From the IMG/VR virus record IMGVR_UViG_3300030090_002290, positions 1-56,327 of that record: a DNA stretch of 56,327 nucleotides. One strand, 5' to 3'. The notes under the pieces were generated by a model. That model did not search any database. It saw nothing but the letters and a program-made list of their open reading frames with translations, and was not told the origin of the DNA. This document shows positions 1 to 8,749 of this stretch, in pieces (the stretch's first letter is position 1; each line of letters begins with the position of its first letter). This DNA is from a virus (Duplodnaviria > Caudoviricetes). A program made the position numbers and the translations under genes.

Positions 1-100
1 GCAAACAGCTGCTAAAAGTCCCTTATCACAATAGGAAGTTGAAATATGTCTGAAGCTACTGAAAATACGGAAGCAACCTTCGAAGCAATGCCCGGTGCGG
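1..100. repeat. Terminal overlap of circular assembly (copy at 56228-56327)
   Basis: Positions 1-100 equal 56228-56327 except position 99 G vs 56326 A; the portal ORF ends and the scaffold ORF begins inside the repeat. Confidence 0.95.
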
Positions 101-1092
101 ATCCTGCAGAAGCAGCAGAAGCGCCTTTAGATTTAAACTTTGGGCTTGGTGAAGAGGAAGCGGAAGAAGAAACTGAAGCAGAAGTAGAAACCGAAGCTGA
201 AGCAGAGGAGGAAGTTGAAGATGCCCCCGACGAGTCGGATAGCGAGGATCAAAGCGAGGGAGAACTTCAAGAAGAAGAGGCAGATTCGGAAACTGAAGAG
301 CAGTCTGACGACGGAGAACAGTCAGAAGACGCCGCCGAAGTAGAAGAACCTACAAAAGAACCCGAAAAAAAGCCGATGGTACCTAAATCACGGCTAGATG
401 AAGTGCTTGCTAAGCAAAAAGCCCTACAAAAACAGCTGGATGACATGAAAGCAGCGCAGGAAGTTGCTGAAGATGCGCCTGAAGAGTACGATTTTGCAGC
501 TAAAGAGGTGGAATACCAGACTTTATTGCTAGATGGAGAGGCAGATAAGGCCGCCGCGCTACGCCAAGAGATGCGAACAGCGGAAAAAGCCCAGATTGCC
601 TACGAAATGCGGCAAGAAATGACGCAAACCGTAACTCAAAGCCAGCAAGCTACAGCTTTACAGACTGCTGCTAGTGAGTTAGAGGCAAGTTTCCCTGTAT
701 TTGACCAAAATGCTGCGGAATACAACGCTGATTACACCCAAGAAGTGATTGATTTGCGTGATGCGTTTATTACACAGGGGTATGGAGCGGTTGATGCCCT
801 TAGTAAAGCAGCAAATTTTGTTATTAAGAGTAATGATTTGGTTGGGGCAACGGCAGAAGAAACTTCTACGTTGGCTTCTAAGAAAGCTCCAGCTGCACAG
901 GATGAAGTGGCTAAGAAACGCGCTGAAGTTACTAAGAAACTCAAGGCAGCGGAGTCTCAACCCCCTGAATTACCGGGAGAAAGTTCTGCTGATCGGGGTG
1001 AAAAGGCTTTAGACATAAGTACTATGTCTGAAGAAGAGTTTAATGCCCTTCCCCCAGACACCTTAAAGCGTCTTAGGGGCGACATCCTGTAA
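46..1092 (+). CDS. Putative capsid scaffolding protein
   Basis: Very acidic N-terminus, coiled-coil (VPKSRLDEV motif), C-terminal MSEEEFNAL motif; lies between portal and major capsid in circular order. Confidence 0.75.
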   Translation: MSEATENTEATFEAMPGADPAEAAEAPLDLNFGLGEEEAEEETEAEVETEAEAEEEVEDAPDESDSEDQSEGELQEEEADSETEEQSDDGEQSEDAAEVEEPTKEPEKKPMVPKSRLDEVLAKQKALQKQLDDMKAAQEVAEDAPEEYDFAAKEVEYQTLLLDGEADKAAALRQEMRTAEKAQIAYEMRQEMTQTVTQSQQATALQTAASELEASFPVFDQNAAEYNADYTQEVIDLRDAFITQGYGAVDALSKAANFVIKSNDLVGATAEETSTLASKKAPAAQDEVAKKRAEVTKKLKAAESQPPELPGESSADRGEKALDISTMSEEEFNALPPDTLKRLRGDIL

Positions 1093-1095
1093 TGT

Positions 1096-1323
1096 ATGAA
1101 GGGTACGATCCTAGCTTTTATGCTGATAACGGTAATAGAAGGCAATGTTGTTGACGGCGCTCAGCAAATGGTGTTTAAAGACATCCATCGCTGTCAACAA
1201 TTTGCATATTGGATCGAACACAATTGCAGAGATGCGCTTTGTAGGGGCGGAGTTAAGCAGCAGAACATAACAGCGTACTGTAAACCCGTTATGGCTGCAG
1301 CTAATCAGAAATTTTGGGATTGA
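1096..1323 (+). CDS. Hypothetical Cys-containing protein
   Basis: ORF track; hydrophobic N-terminus, 4 Cys. Confidence 0.6.
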   Translation: MKGTILAFMLITVIEGNVVDGAQQMVFKDIHRCQQFAYWIEHNCRDALCRGGVKQQNITAYCKPVMAAANQKFWD

Positions 1324-1327
1324 TAAT

Positions 1328-1426
1328 ATGAGTGTATATAACGCTTTATTTTATATTCATGAAGAAAAACGATTTGCAAGATGGCAAGAATATATAGAAT
1401 TTTATAGACAACAGAAATTAAAATAG
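1328..1426 (+). CDS. Small hypothetical protein (32 aa, MSVYNALFYIHEEKRFARWQEYIEFYRQQKLK)
   Basis: Read manually; fills the gap between flanking genes almost exactly. Confidence 0.5.
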   Translation: MSVYNALFYIHEEKRFARWQEYIEFYRQQKLK

Positions 1427-1427
1427 A

Positions 1428-1748
1428 ATGGCTAAAAAATTACAACATGATTCAATTTGGGCTAAGTATGACATCGATAACGATGGCACAGTTAGCGATG
1501 AGGAGCTTGAACGGGCTACTCAAATGATTGAATTAGATCTCAGGGAAGAGAAACAGGACAGTCAGCGACGGATTGCTTGGGTGGCGATGTCTTCTATGGT
1601 CGCATACTCTTTACTTCCTCTTATGCCTTTTGTACCAGAGGCTAGGCTGGATACCCTTTCCTCACTGAGTGACATCTTGTTTTTGAGCCAGGCCAGTATT
1701 ATAGGTTTGTATTTCGGCGCAACGGCTTATATGTCACGTAAACCCTAG
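1428..1748 (+). CDS. Membrane protein with EF-hand-like loop (holin-like)
   Basis: DIDNDGTVSDEE EF-hand-like motif and two hydrophobic segments. Confidence 0.6.
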   Translation: MAKKLQHDSIWAKYDIDNDGTVSDEELERATQMIELDLREEKQDSQRRIAWVAMSSMVAYSLLPLMPFVPEARLDTLSSLSDILFLSQASIIGLYFGATAYMSRKP

Positions 1749-1757
1749 AGGTTTATT

Positions 1758-2237
1758 ATGATATTTGAAAGCATTGTGGCCATAACGTCGGCTGTTTCAG
1801 CTATTAATGGTCTTTTCCAACAGGTCGAAGAGGGCACTAAAAACGTCCAGACGTTGTTGGGTCAGCTCGGAGCGATCTCTTCTGGCATTGATAAGTACGA
1901 AATAGAAAGGCGCAACTCACTAACCTCTCCCCTTGATGGGGAGTCGGCCATGAGACTCGCTGCCCAAAAAGCGCGACTCGACAGGTACCATGAGAATTTG
2001 CGATTACTCAGCAATATGAACTCGGATGCGGCGCGTGTAATTGATGCGTACTTTGAGGAGCTGGAGGCTCAGAAGCAGAGGCACAAACAAAGCGTTAAAG
2101 AAGCTATCGAAAAGCAAAAGCGCAGAAAGCAAATGCTTAAAGACATTAGTCAATATGGCATACTGCTCGTTTTGGCTATTGCAGTTGCGGTGGTAACAGT
2201 TACTTTAGTTATCAAATTATTTGGCAAGGGGCTTTAA
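1758..2237 (+). CDS. Coiled-coil protein with C-terminal TM helix
   Basis: RBS GAGG; C-terminal hydrophobic segment. Confidence 0.65.
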   Translation: MIFESIVAITSAVSAINGLFQQVEEGTKNVQTLLGQLGAISSGIDKYEIERRNSLTSPLDGESAMRLAAQKARLDRYHENLRLLSNMNSDAARVIDAYFEELEAQKQRHKQSVKEAIEKQKRRKQMLKDISQYGILLVLAIAVAVVTVTLVIKLFGKGL

Positions 2238-2238
2238 T

Positions 2239-2532
2239 ATGGCACATGAGAATAGAAGAGCAGCTTTACTTAAAAAACATGGGTTAAAAGGCGTAAATAA
2301 ACCTAAAAGAACGCCCAATCATCCTACAAAGTCACACATGGTGTTAGCGGCTGTAGGACACGAAATGAAGCTAATTCGTTTTGGGCAGCAGGGAGTTAGG
2401 GGTGCAGGTAAAAACCCGAAGAGCGCGAAGGACAAAGCCCGTAAGAAGTCATATTACGCTAGGCATAACGCGCAGGATGCAAAGCCTTCTAAGTTAAGCG
2501 CTCGTTACTGGTCTCATAAAGTTAAGTGGTAG
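2239..2532 (+). CDS. Highly basic phage protein (IRFGQQG...YYARH...ARYWS motif family)
   Basis: K/R-rich; likely start at MAHEN (ATG 2239) rather than TTG 2221. Confidence 0.7.
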   Translation: MAHENRRAALLKKHGLKGVNKPKRTPNHPTKSHMVLAAVGHEMKLIRFGQQGVRGAGKNPKSAKDKARKKSYYARHNAQDAKPSKLSARYWSHKVKW

Positions 2533-2539
2533 TACTTAA

Positions 2540-2797
2540 ATGGCTTTAACTTTAGACGGTGACGTTAAATCTATGTTAGATGCCCCCTGCATAGGGTGGT
2601 GTACAACGCGACAGTTTGGCGATGATCGATGTAAAGGATGCGGAAGACAGGAGTGGGAGGTTAGGGACTGGTCTCGACTACCTGATATATACCGCAGACT
2701 ACGAATTATTTCTTTGGCTGAAGAGGGTTTTACTATTAGACATGTTCAGCCACTGGGTTGGAGGCCCACTCCGGGCAAAGATATAGAAGATAAATAG
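2540..2797 (+). CDS. DUF1289-like Cys-rich protein
   Basis: PCIGWCTT...CKGCGR...EVRDW pattern. Confidence 0.7.
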   Translation: MALTLDGDVKSMLDAPCIGWCTTRQFGDDRCKGCGRQEWEVRDWSRLPDIYRRLRIISLAEEGFTIRHVQPLGWRPTPGKDIEDK

Positions 2798-2799
2798 GC

Positions 2800-2828
2800 T
2801 TGTTTATTTAATTTTATATAAGTACTAT
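2800..2828 (+). promoter_or_regulatory. Sigma70-like late promoter upstream of major capsid
   Basis: TTGTTT-17 bp-TACTAT. Confidence 0.6.
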
Positions 2829-2834
2829 CTAACC

Positions 2835-3046
2835 TTCGTACGACTATACGATATTAGTCCGTGCCGTACACGTTAAAACCGTATATCGCCTGTAAAGGCG
2901 TTAAACCTTCCGAGGTCGAACCTCGTTAAAAACCGCTAATACGTCGCCCTACGATACGGGTAACGGATTAGCCGCTCCAAAAGTCGGCTTTTTGTGGCAC
3001 TGGCTTGCCAGTGTGTATTAAAAACAAACGCATAAGGAGGCCTTAA
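2835..3046 (+). ncRNA. Structured 5-prime leader of major capsid mRNA (series of hairpins)
   Basis: Hairpins 2836-2851, 2860-2872, 2887-2900, 2911-2925, 2935-2972, 2970-2989, 2997-3014; three are followed by TTAAA(A)CC. Confidence 0.55.
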
Positions 3047-4204
3047 ATGGCTCTTACTAACTTTGCGTCTCTGACTTCGAATCAATTGACGGCTTGGAGC
3101 AGAGACTTTTGGCAGGTTGCTCGTAACATGTCATTCATCAACCAGTTCGCAGGAACTGGCCAGAACGCGATGGTTCAGCGCATTACTGAACTGACTAAAA
3201 ATGAAAAGGGTACTAAAGCAGTTATCACGCTATTAGCGGACATGACTGGAGACGGTATCACTGGTGACAACACTCTGGAAGGTAATGAAGAAGCGCTAAG
3301 AGCGTACGACATTACTATCGAGCTTGACCAGCTAAGATTCGCTAACAGAATCTCTGGCCGGTTGGCAGACCAGAAATCAGTCGTAAACTTCAGAGAGAAC
3401 TCTCGTGACGCACTTGCTTATGCAATGGCTGACCGTATGGACCAGCTAGCGTTCTTGACTCTTTCTGGTATTGCTTATACTCATAAGACCAATGGTGCTT
3501 TGAGAAATACCTCAAGTACTAGTGGGCATGAGTTAGCTGACCTTGAGTTTGCTTCTGACGTATCTGCTCCGACTGCAGCTCGTCACCGACGAATAGATGT
3601 GTCTGGTGGTACTTCAACTCTTGAAGCGGGTGACACTACTGCAATAGCAGCCACTGATAAGATTGCTTATCGTGACATCGTTAACCTGAAAGCCTACGCT
3701 AAAGATAACTACATCCGTGGTTTGCGTGGTGCTGGTAACGAAGAAGTGTTCCACATGTTCGTAACTCCTCAGCAAATGGCTGATCTGAAGCTCGATTCAG
3801 ACTTCTTGACCAACGTACGTCAAGCGTCTGCACGAGGACCAAACAACCAATTGTTCTCCGGAACAAGCAGCTTGATGGTTGACGGCGTTATGGTTCACGA
3901 GTTCCGTCACGTATTCAGCACAGAAGGTGCTACCTCTGGTACTTCTTCTAACGCTGGCGCGGCTGGATACAAGTGGGGTGCAAACGCTGACGTTGACGGC
4001 GCACGTGCTCTATTCTGTGGCGCTCAAGCTCTTGCAATGGCCGATATCGGTAACCCTGAGATTGTTGAAGATACTTTCGACTATCAGAATCAGGCTGGTA
4101 TCTCTATTGGTAAGATCTTTGGATTGCGTAAGCCTAAGTACAACAGCGACTACAATGGTAGCGTTCAAGACTTCGGTGTAATCGCTCTTGATACAGCTCA
4201 GTAA
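3047..4204 (+). CDS. Major capsid protein (DUF4043 / N4-gp56-like family)
   Basis: GDNTLEGNEEAL motif, size 385 aa, strong RBS TAAGGAGG, highly biased codon usage. Confidence 0.9.
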   Translation: MALTNFASLTSNQLTAWSRDFWQVARNMSFINQFAGTGQNAMVQRITELTKNEKGTKAVITLLADMTGDGITGDNTLEGNEEALRAYDITIELDQLRFANRISGRLADQKSVVNFRENSRDALAYAMADRMDQLAFLTLSGIAYTHKTNGALRNTSSTSGHELADLEFASDVSAPTAARHRRIDVSGGTSTLEAGDTTAIAATDKIAYRDIVNLKAYAKDNYIRGLRGAGNEEVFHMFVTPQQMADLKLDSDFLTNVRQASARGPNNQLFSGTSSLMVDGVMVHEFRHVFSTEGATSGTSSNAGAAGYKWGANADVDGARALFCGAQALAMADIGNPEIVEDTFDYQNQAGISIGKIFGLRKPKYNSDYNGSVQDFGVIALDTAQ

Positions 4205-4223
4205 GGCAAGGAGAATATAGAAA

Positions 4224-4667
4224 ATGGCTACTTTAACTTCTGGCGCAGTATCGGGTAATAGCTCGTTTAAACCCTATCCGCAAGGAAACGTGGGTGTAAG
4301 ACAGGCTACTTATTCTTTAACTGCAGCTTTAGCAGGCTCCGATGTCGTACAAATGGTCGATGTTTTCGCAGGTGAAACTGTTGTTGGTATAGTACTTACT
4401 ACTACTGACCTAGACACCAACGGATCCCCCGCCATTGTACTTGACGTTGGTTATGGCGGTGCAACCGCAGCTTTCATCGATGGTTCAACTATCGGTCAAG
4501 CAGGCGGAACTGCAAGCTCGTTTGCAATTGGTAACGCAACACACGGTTCAACTGCAACCGCTCCCGTTGCTTTTACTGCTGACGACACAATCGATGTACT
4601 TGTTCAGACAGCCCCAGGAACTGGAGCTACTAGCGGTACCATCACTTTGTACGCCTTTATAGCGTAG
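4224..4667 (+). CDS. Putative capsid decoration/minor capsid protein
   Basis: Directly after the major capsid gene, A/G/T-rich beta-type protein, followed by a terminator. Confidence 0.6.
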   Translation: MATLTSGAVSGNSSFKPYPQGNVGVRQATYSLTAALAGSDVVQMVDVFAGETVVGIVLTTTDLDTNGSPAIVLDVGYGGATAAFIDGSTIGQAGGTASSFAIGNATHGSTATAPVAFTADDTIDVLVQTAPGTGATSGTITLYAFIA

Positions 4668-4674
4668 AGTTAAT

Positions 4675-4697
4675 GCCCCCTCTTCGGAGGGGGCTTT
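4675..4697 (+). terminator. Rho-independent terminator
   Basis: GCCCCCTC-TTCG-GAGGGGGC then TTT; C(UUCG)G tetraloop. Confidence 0.8.
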
Positions 4698-4714
4698 CAT
4701 ACGAGGTATCCACA

Positions 4715-5203
4715 ATGTCTTATACTAGGAAGTCGAGAAGAAAAGATCGTAAGATCAAAACACAAACAACAGCTGAACGTAGGAGAGGGGGCAACAGCCC
4801 TGCAGCTCGACGGGCAGCAGCAAACGCAAATGTAAGGGTGAGACCTACAGCGTCTAGGTATACTAAGGTTGACAGTACTCCTAAAAATAGACCTACGTCC
4901 CCTACGACTAAACCTAAGGTAACTAAAACTTCTCCAAGTGAACTGCGCGGAGATAAAAAAGTTACTAAGCCCCGTAACGGTAAGCCAGCAAAAACATCCG
5001 TTCCTAAAAGACCAAGAGTAACTGGTAAGGGGAGCAGGAATGTTTCTACGACAAATCCTAATACAGGTAAAAGAACTTTGGCTAATGTGACACGGGAACA
5101 GCTAATAAAAGCTGGTTTAACTACTGGTCCAAAAGGTCTTCGTAAATACCTTAATTTTATGGACAGGAAGGGTAGACGCCCAACCGCTAAAGATTTTAAG
5201 TAA
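4715..5203 (+). CDS. Highly basic K/R/T/P-rich protein
   Basis: RBS GAGG upstream of ATG 4715 (MSYTRK). Confidence 0.65.
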   Translation: MSYTRKSRRKDRKIKTQTTAERRRGGNSPAARRAAANANVRVRPTASRYTKVDSTPKNRPTSPTTKPKVTKTSPSELRGDKKVTKPRNGKPAKTSVPKRPRVTGKGSRNVSTTNPNTGKRTLANVTREQLIKAGLTTGPKGLRKYLNFMDRKGRRPTAKDFK

Positions 5204-5213
5204 GGAGAGATAG

Positions 5214-5339
5214 ATGCCGGGAAACAAAAACGGTAATGGTAATGGTAAGGGTAAGAAGGCGAAGGGTACCCCCAAGAGACCTGCTTCACCTTATCCAACA
5301 CGAGCGGCTGCTAAAAAAATGATAAAGAAGGATTATTAA
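5214..5339 (+). CDS. Small basic protein (41 aa, MPGNKNGNGNGKGKK...)
   Basis: Read manually; RBS AAGGAG; fills the intergenic gap. Confidence 0.6.
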   Translation: MPGNKNGNGNGKGKKAKGTPKRPASPYPTRAAAKKMIKKDY

Positions 5340-5341
5340 TC

Positions 5342-5743
5342 ATGAGAATTGTTTCTGACACGGAAGTTAGAATTGCCATGTTAAGTGGCGCGGTTATCTT
5401 ATTGCAGCCTGGGCAAGAGCGAGAAGTCTCAGATGAGATTGGCTTAGTCGCTGTGCAGATGGGCGCTAGAGCTTTGTCTGGTATGCCTTCCCCTGAGGAA
5501 GATCAACCTGTTGAAGACGAAGTTGAGATTGAACTGGAAGAAGAACCAGTTGAAGAAGAACCTAAAGCACCTACGTTACGTGAGGGGCTGGTTGAAGCGT
5601 TTATAGAAATTATAAACGAAGGCAACCCCGATGATTTCAAAGCTGACGGGGGCGTAAAAGCCGCTGTTATAAACAAAAAGATGGGGGATACGATTCCTCC
5701 CGAAGAGCGCGAAGCTGCTTGGCAAGAAGCCTTAAACAGATAG
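5342..5743 (+). CDS. Hypothetical virion-associated protein
   Basis: ORF track; structural operon position. Confidence 0.65.
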   Translation: MRIVSDTEVRIAMLSGAVILLQPGQEREVSDEIGLVAVQMGARALSGMPSPEEDQPVEDEVEIELEEEPVEEEPKAPTLREGLVEAFIEIINEGNPDDFKADGGVKAAVINKKMGDTIPPEEREAAWQEALNR

Positions 5744-5752
5744 AGGTTTGAT

Positions 5753-6472
5753 ATGACTGTAACCGTACAAAGCGTTATAGATCGTGTACAGGTAACACTA
5801 CAGGATACTACTGGTATACGGTGGCCTGTTGTCGGGGAGCTGGTTCTATTCGTAAACGACGCTCAGAGAGAAATAGCATTATTAAAGCCCGACGCAAGTG
5901 CTACAACTGCTAATGTACAGTTAGTAACAGGTACTCGACAGACTATACCAGCTGCAGGTAACCGACTCTTAGCATTGGTTAGAAATATGTCTGATACTTC
6001 TGGCGGTGCTACAGGTGGCAGGGCAATTAGATTAGTTTCTGGTGAGGTACTAGATGCTCAAACTCCTAACTGGCATAACGCTTCTGCGTCAGCTGGTACG
6101 GATGCAGCACATACTACTGTTGTTAAACATTACGTTTACGATGAGCAAAACCCTCGCGTTTTTTATGTGTATCCGGGAGTCGCAGGTAATGCATACGCCG
6201 AGATAGTTTACTCAGCAAACCCTTCTACTGTTGCACAGAACGGTAACTTGGACATACCTGATATTTTTGCAAACGCAGTTGCAGATTATGTTCTGTTCCG
6301 AGCGTATACAAAAGATGCAGAGTATGCAGGTAATGCTACAAGGGCAGGTTTACATTATAACCTTTTTATTAATTCTGTTACGGGTAAAGGTCAAATAGAT
6401 GCGATTACTACACCAAATGCTAATGTATCTGGCAATGTCACTTTACCCTCTCAACAAGCTCAATTAGGGTAG
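5753..6472 (+). CDS. Putative head-tail adaptor (DUF6682-like)
   Basis: LQD...RW...EL...VNDAQREI and DYVLFRAYTKDAE patterns typical of podovirus adaptors. Confidence 0.7.
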   Translation: MTVTVQSVIDRVQVTLQDTTGIRWPVVGELVLFVNDAQREIALLKPDASATTANVQLVTGTRQTIPAAGNRLLALVRNMSDTSGGATGGRAIRLVSGEVLDAQTPNWHNASASAGTDAAHTTVVKHYVYDEQNPRVFYVYPGVAGNAYAEIVYSANPSTVAQNGNLDIPDIFANAVADYVLFRAYTKDAEYAGNATRAGLHYNLFINSVTGKGQIDAITTPNANVSGNVTLPSQQAQLG

Positions 6473-6479
6473 TTAACTA

Positions 6480-7160
6480 GTGGCCTCCTACGAGTCCTTA
6501 CTTTCTGAAATTATTCCAGTAGTACCGGGCTGTACTGATACTCTTATTGAACAGAATATTCGTGCGGCTGTTATTGAACTGTGCGAGAAAACGGAAGTTT
6601 ATCAGCAAGAGCTGGACCCTGTTTCTACAGTAAAGAATATATTTGAGTATGATTTAGAACCCCCTAGCGGTACAACAGTCCATAAAATTATATGGATGAC
6701 TTATGATGGGGAAGATTTAGAGGCGATAACAAATGCGTTGCTAGAGCAGCGTAAGCCTAAATGGAGGCAGTCTGGTTATGAAGGACGACCAGAGTACTTC
6801 GTTAAGCAGTCGCCTTCTCTTTTTTATGTAGCGCCTGTACCTAATGAAACAAAGGTAAACGGGTTGCTGTTACGGGTAGCGTTAAAACCTACTCATACGT
6901 CCAGTTCGTGTGACACTGACATAATGAACGATTATAGGGACACTATAATTAATGGCACTATCTTCAGGTTGTTAAGACTTCCAGGCAGAGAGTGGACAGA
7001 CTATGCAGGGGCACAAGTTTATGCAGCGTTGTTTGCTGAAGGGTTAAATGCCGCCGAAAAGCGCGGACGACAAACAGCATCAAGAGTAGCTAGAAAGGTG
7101 AGATACAGTGGAACAGGGCCAAGTTATAGGCTTACACGTACCAAATATTCAAAACGATGA
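6480..7160 (+). CDS. Putative tail/adaptor structural protein
   Basis: VPGC...IRAAVIELCEKT pattern; position after adaptor. Confidence 0.6.
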   Translation: MASYESLLSEIIPVVPGCTDTLIEQNIRAAVIELCEKTEVYQQELDPVSTVKNIFEYDLEPPSGTTVHKIIWMTYDGEDLEAITNALLEQRKPKWRQSGYEGRPEYFVKQSPSLFYVAPVPNETKVNGLLLRVALKPTHTSSSCDTDIMNDYRDTIINGTIFRLLRLPGREWTDYAGAQVYAALFAEGLNAAEKRGRQTASRVARKVRYSGTGPSYRLTRTKYSKR

Positions 7161-7569
7161 GAAAGTTTTTGAGCCGGTTATTGGTAGCATTCGTGAAGAT
7201 TGGGATAGGGTTCGTCCTCATATTCAGTCTCTTCTGGACGACTGCCCGAACTTATCTTTCCGAGTGGAAGATGTCTATGCGGAAGTGGTTGCGGAAAAAG
7301 CCATTTATTGGAAAGCTCCTGAAGGGTTTGTTATTTCGACTACAGAAGTTAATCGATTTACTAACCAAAAGACTTTCTTTATCTGGATAGCGTGTGCCTA
7401 TAAAAGAGGCGATAGGAACATGTTGAAATATTATCCGTTTTTCCAATCGTTAGCGAAAGAGTTAGGCATGGAGGCTTTAGAAGTACAGACCTCTCATGAA
7501 GCGATTAAGCCTATTTTGTTAGGCGCAGGTTGGGAACTAGATACTGTTGTGTACAGACTCGAGGTATAG
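7108..7569 (+). CDS. Hypothetical protein, possible GNAT-like fold
   Basis: Size and position before ejection proteins resemble podovirus acetyltransferase-like genes; start uncertain. Confidence 0.45.
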   Translation: MEQGQVIGLHVPNIQNDEKVFEPVIGSIREDWDRVRPHIQSLLDDCPNLSFRVEDVYAEVVAEKAIYWKAPEGFVISTTEVNRFTNQKTFFIWIACAYKRGDRNMLKYYPFFQSLAKELGMEALEVQTSHEAIKPILLGAGWELDTVVYRLEV

Positions 7570-7571
7570 AA

Positions 7572-8126
7572 ATGGGAAGACCTAAACAACAAGACTATGA
7601 AGCAAGTGAAGAAGAAAAAGTTTCTGCTTCTGTTGCTAAAGCAAACTATGATTTCTTTAAATCAAATTACGCGCCTTTACTTAAACAGATGCGGGATCAA
7701 AGTCAGTCTGATGACAATCGATTAGCTCTTCGTGGTCGGGCGAGTGCAGATACTATGCAGGCTTTAACGTCGCAACCTACTTATATGGCTACACAAGATG
7801 TGGAAGGGGCAGGCGATATTTCTCAAGCTCTTGCAGGGCAGTTAGGGGTGGCTGATAAAGCTGCTAAAAATATACAGAACACAGCTGCTACAAATGTATT
7901 AGGCGTTGCTAGAGGCCAAGCTGCAGATGCTGCATCTGGTATGGCAAAAGCGTCGAGGCTGGCTACTAGTGATGCGTTAGCAAGAGCGCGAGGTAAACAA
8001 CAAGTTAGATCGGCTAGAACTCAAGCCTTAGGAAAGATAGCAGGCGCTGGCATAATGAAATACGGAGAAGAAACTGGGAATGAAGGCATTGGTAAATTCT
8101 TTGACGCAATGGGAGCAGTTGGTTAA
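7572..8126 (+). CDS. Putative internal virion/ejection protein
   Basis: A/Q/G-rich helical protein; RBS GAGG before ATG 7572. Confidence 0.55.
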   Translation: MGRPKQQDYEASEEEKVSASVAKANYDFFKSNYAPLLKQMRDQSQSDDNRLALRGRASADTMQALTSQPTYMATQDVEGAGDISQALAGQLGVADKAAKNIQNTAATNVLGVARGQAADAASGMAKASRLATSDALARARGKQQVRSARTQALGKIAGAGIMKYGEETGNEGIGKFFDAMGAVG

Positions 8127-8128
8127 TT

Positions 8129-8740
8129 ATGGCAAATCCAATGGCAATGCAAAGAAGACGTTCGCGTTTAGGTACAGCGGACGGACTTGAAGGGTACTAC
8201 GAAGCAGATCAGACTATTGATGGGCTACCTGTTGTTTCTGACCCCCAGAAAACATTTGCGGATTTAACCCGTAGAGAGTATCAGGATTATGTTAGGGACT
8301 ATCGTGACTTTGAATTAGATCAGATACAAAAGTCACAAACTGATACTTCTTTAATAGACGCAGCAAGAGAAGACTCTGCTATAGCAAGCCGTCTTGCGGG
8401 GGATTATGCCCAAAGAAATTTAAGTCGTTATGGCGGTCAGTTAACCCCTGCTCAACAACGCGAACAGCAAAGAGGGTTACAGCGCTCGACTACGTTAGGT
8501 TCTATACAAGCTTTAAGTGATGCTAGGATAGCGCAGCGTGAAGCAAACCAAGCCCTATTATCTGATCTTATTAATATTGGACAGGATCTAAATAGGTCTT
8601 CACAGGCTCAATTAGGTAGTGCGGCAGCAGATGCTTCTGCACGTAAACAGGCTTACGACCAAGCTAAAGCTCAATCTAAAGCTCAAACATATTCATTACT
8701 CGGAACGTTGGGTGCAGCAGCACTAATCGCGTTTGTATAG
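8129..8740 (+). CDS. Putative internal virion/ejection protein
   Basis: Q/A-rich, hydrophobic C-terminus. Confidence 0.55.
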   Translation: MANPMAMQRRRSRLGTADGLEGYYEADQTIDGLPVVSDPQKTFADLTRREYQDYVRDYRDFELDQIQKSQTDTSLIDAAREDSAIASRLAGDYAQRNLSRYGGQLTPAQQREQQRGLQRSTTLGSIQALSDARIAQREANQALLSDLINIGQDLNRSSQAQLGSAAADASARKQAYDQAKAQSKAQTYSLLGTLGAAALIAFV

Positions 8741-8749
8741 GTAACTCGT

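Noticed and set aside
1-100. 100-bp terminal repeat as a biological direct terminal repeat
   Set aside because: It falls across the portal/scaffold junction and has a round length, typical of assembler circular overlap
4190-4230. Frameshift or readthrough fusing the capsid to the downstream gene
   Set aside because: No slippery heptamer; the downstream gene has its own SD and is in a different frame
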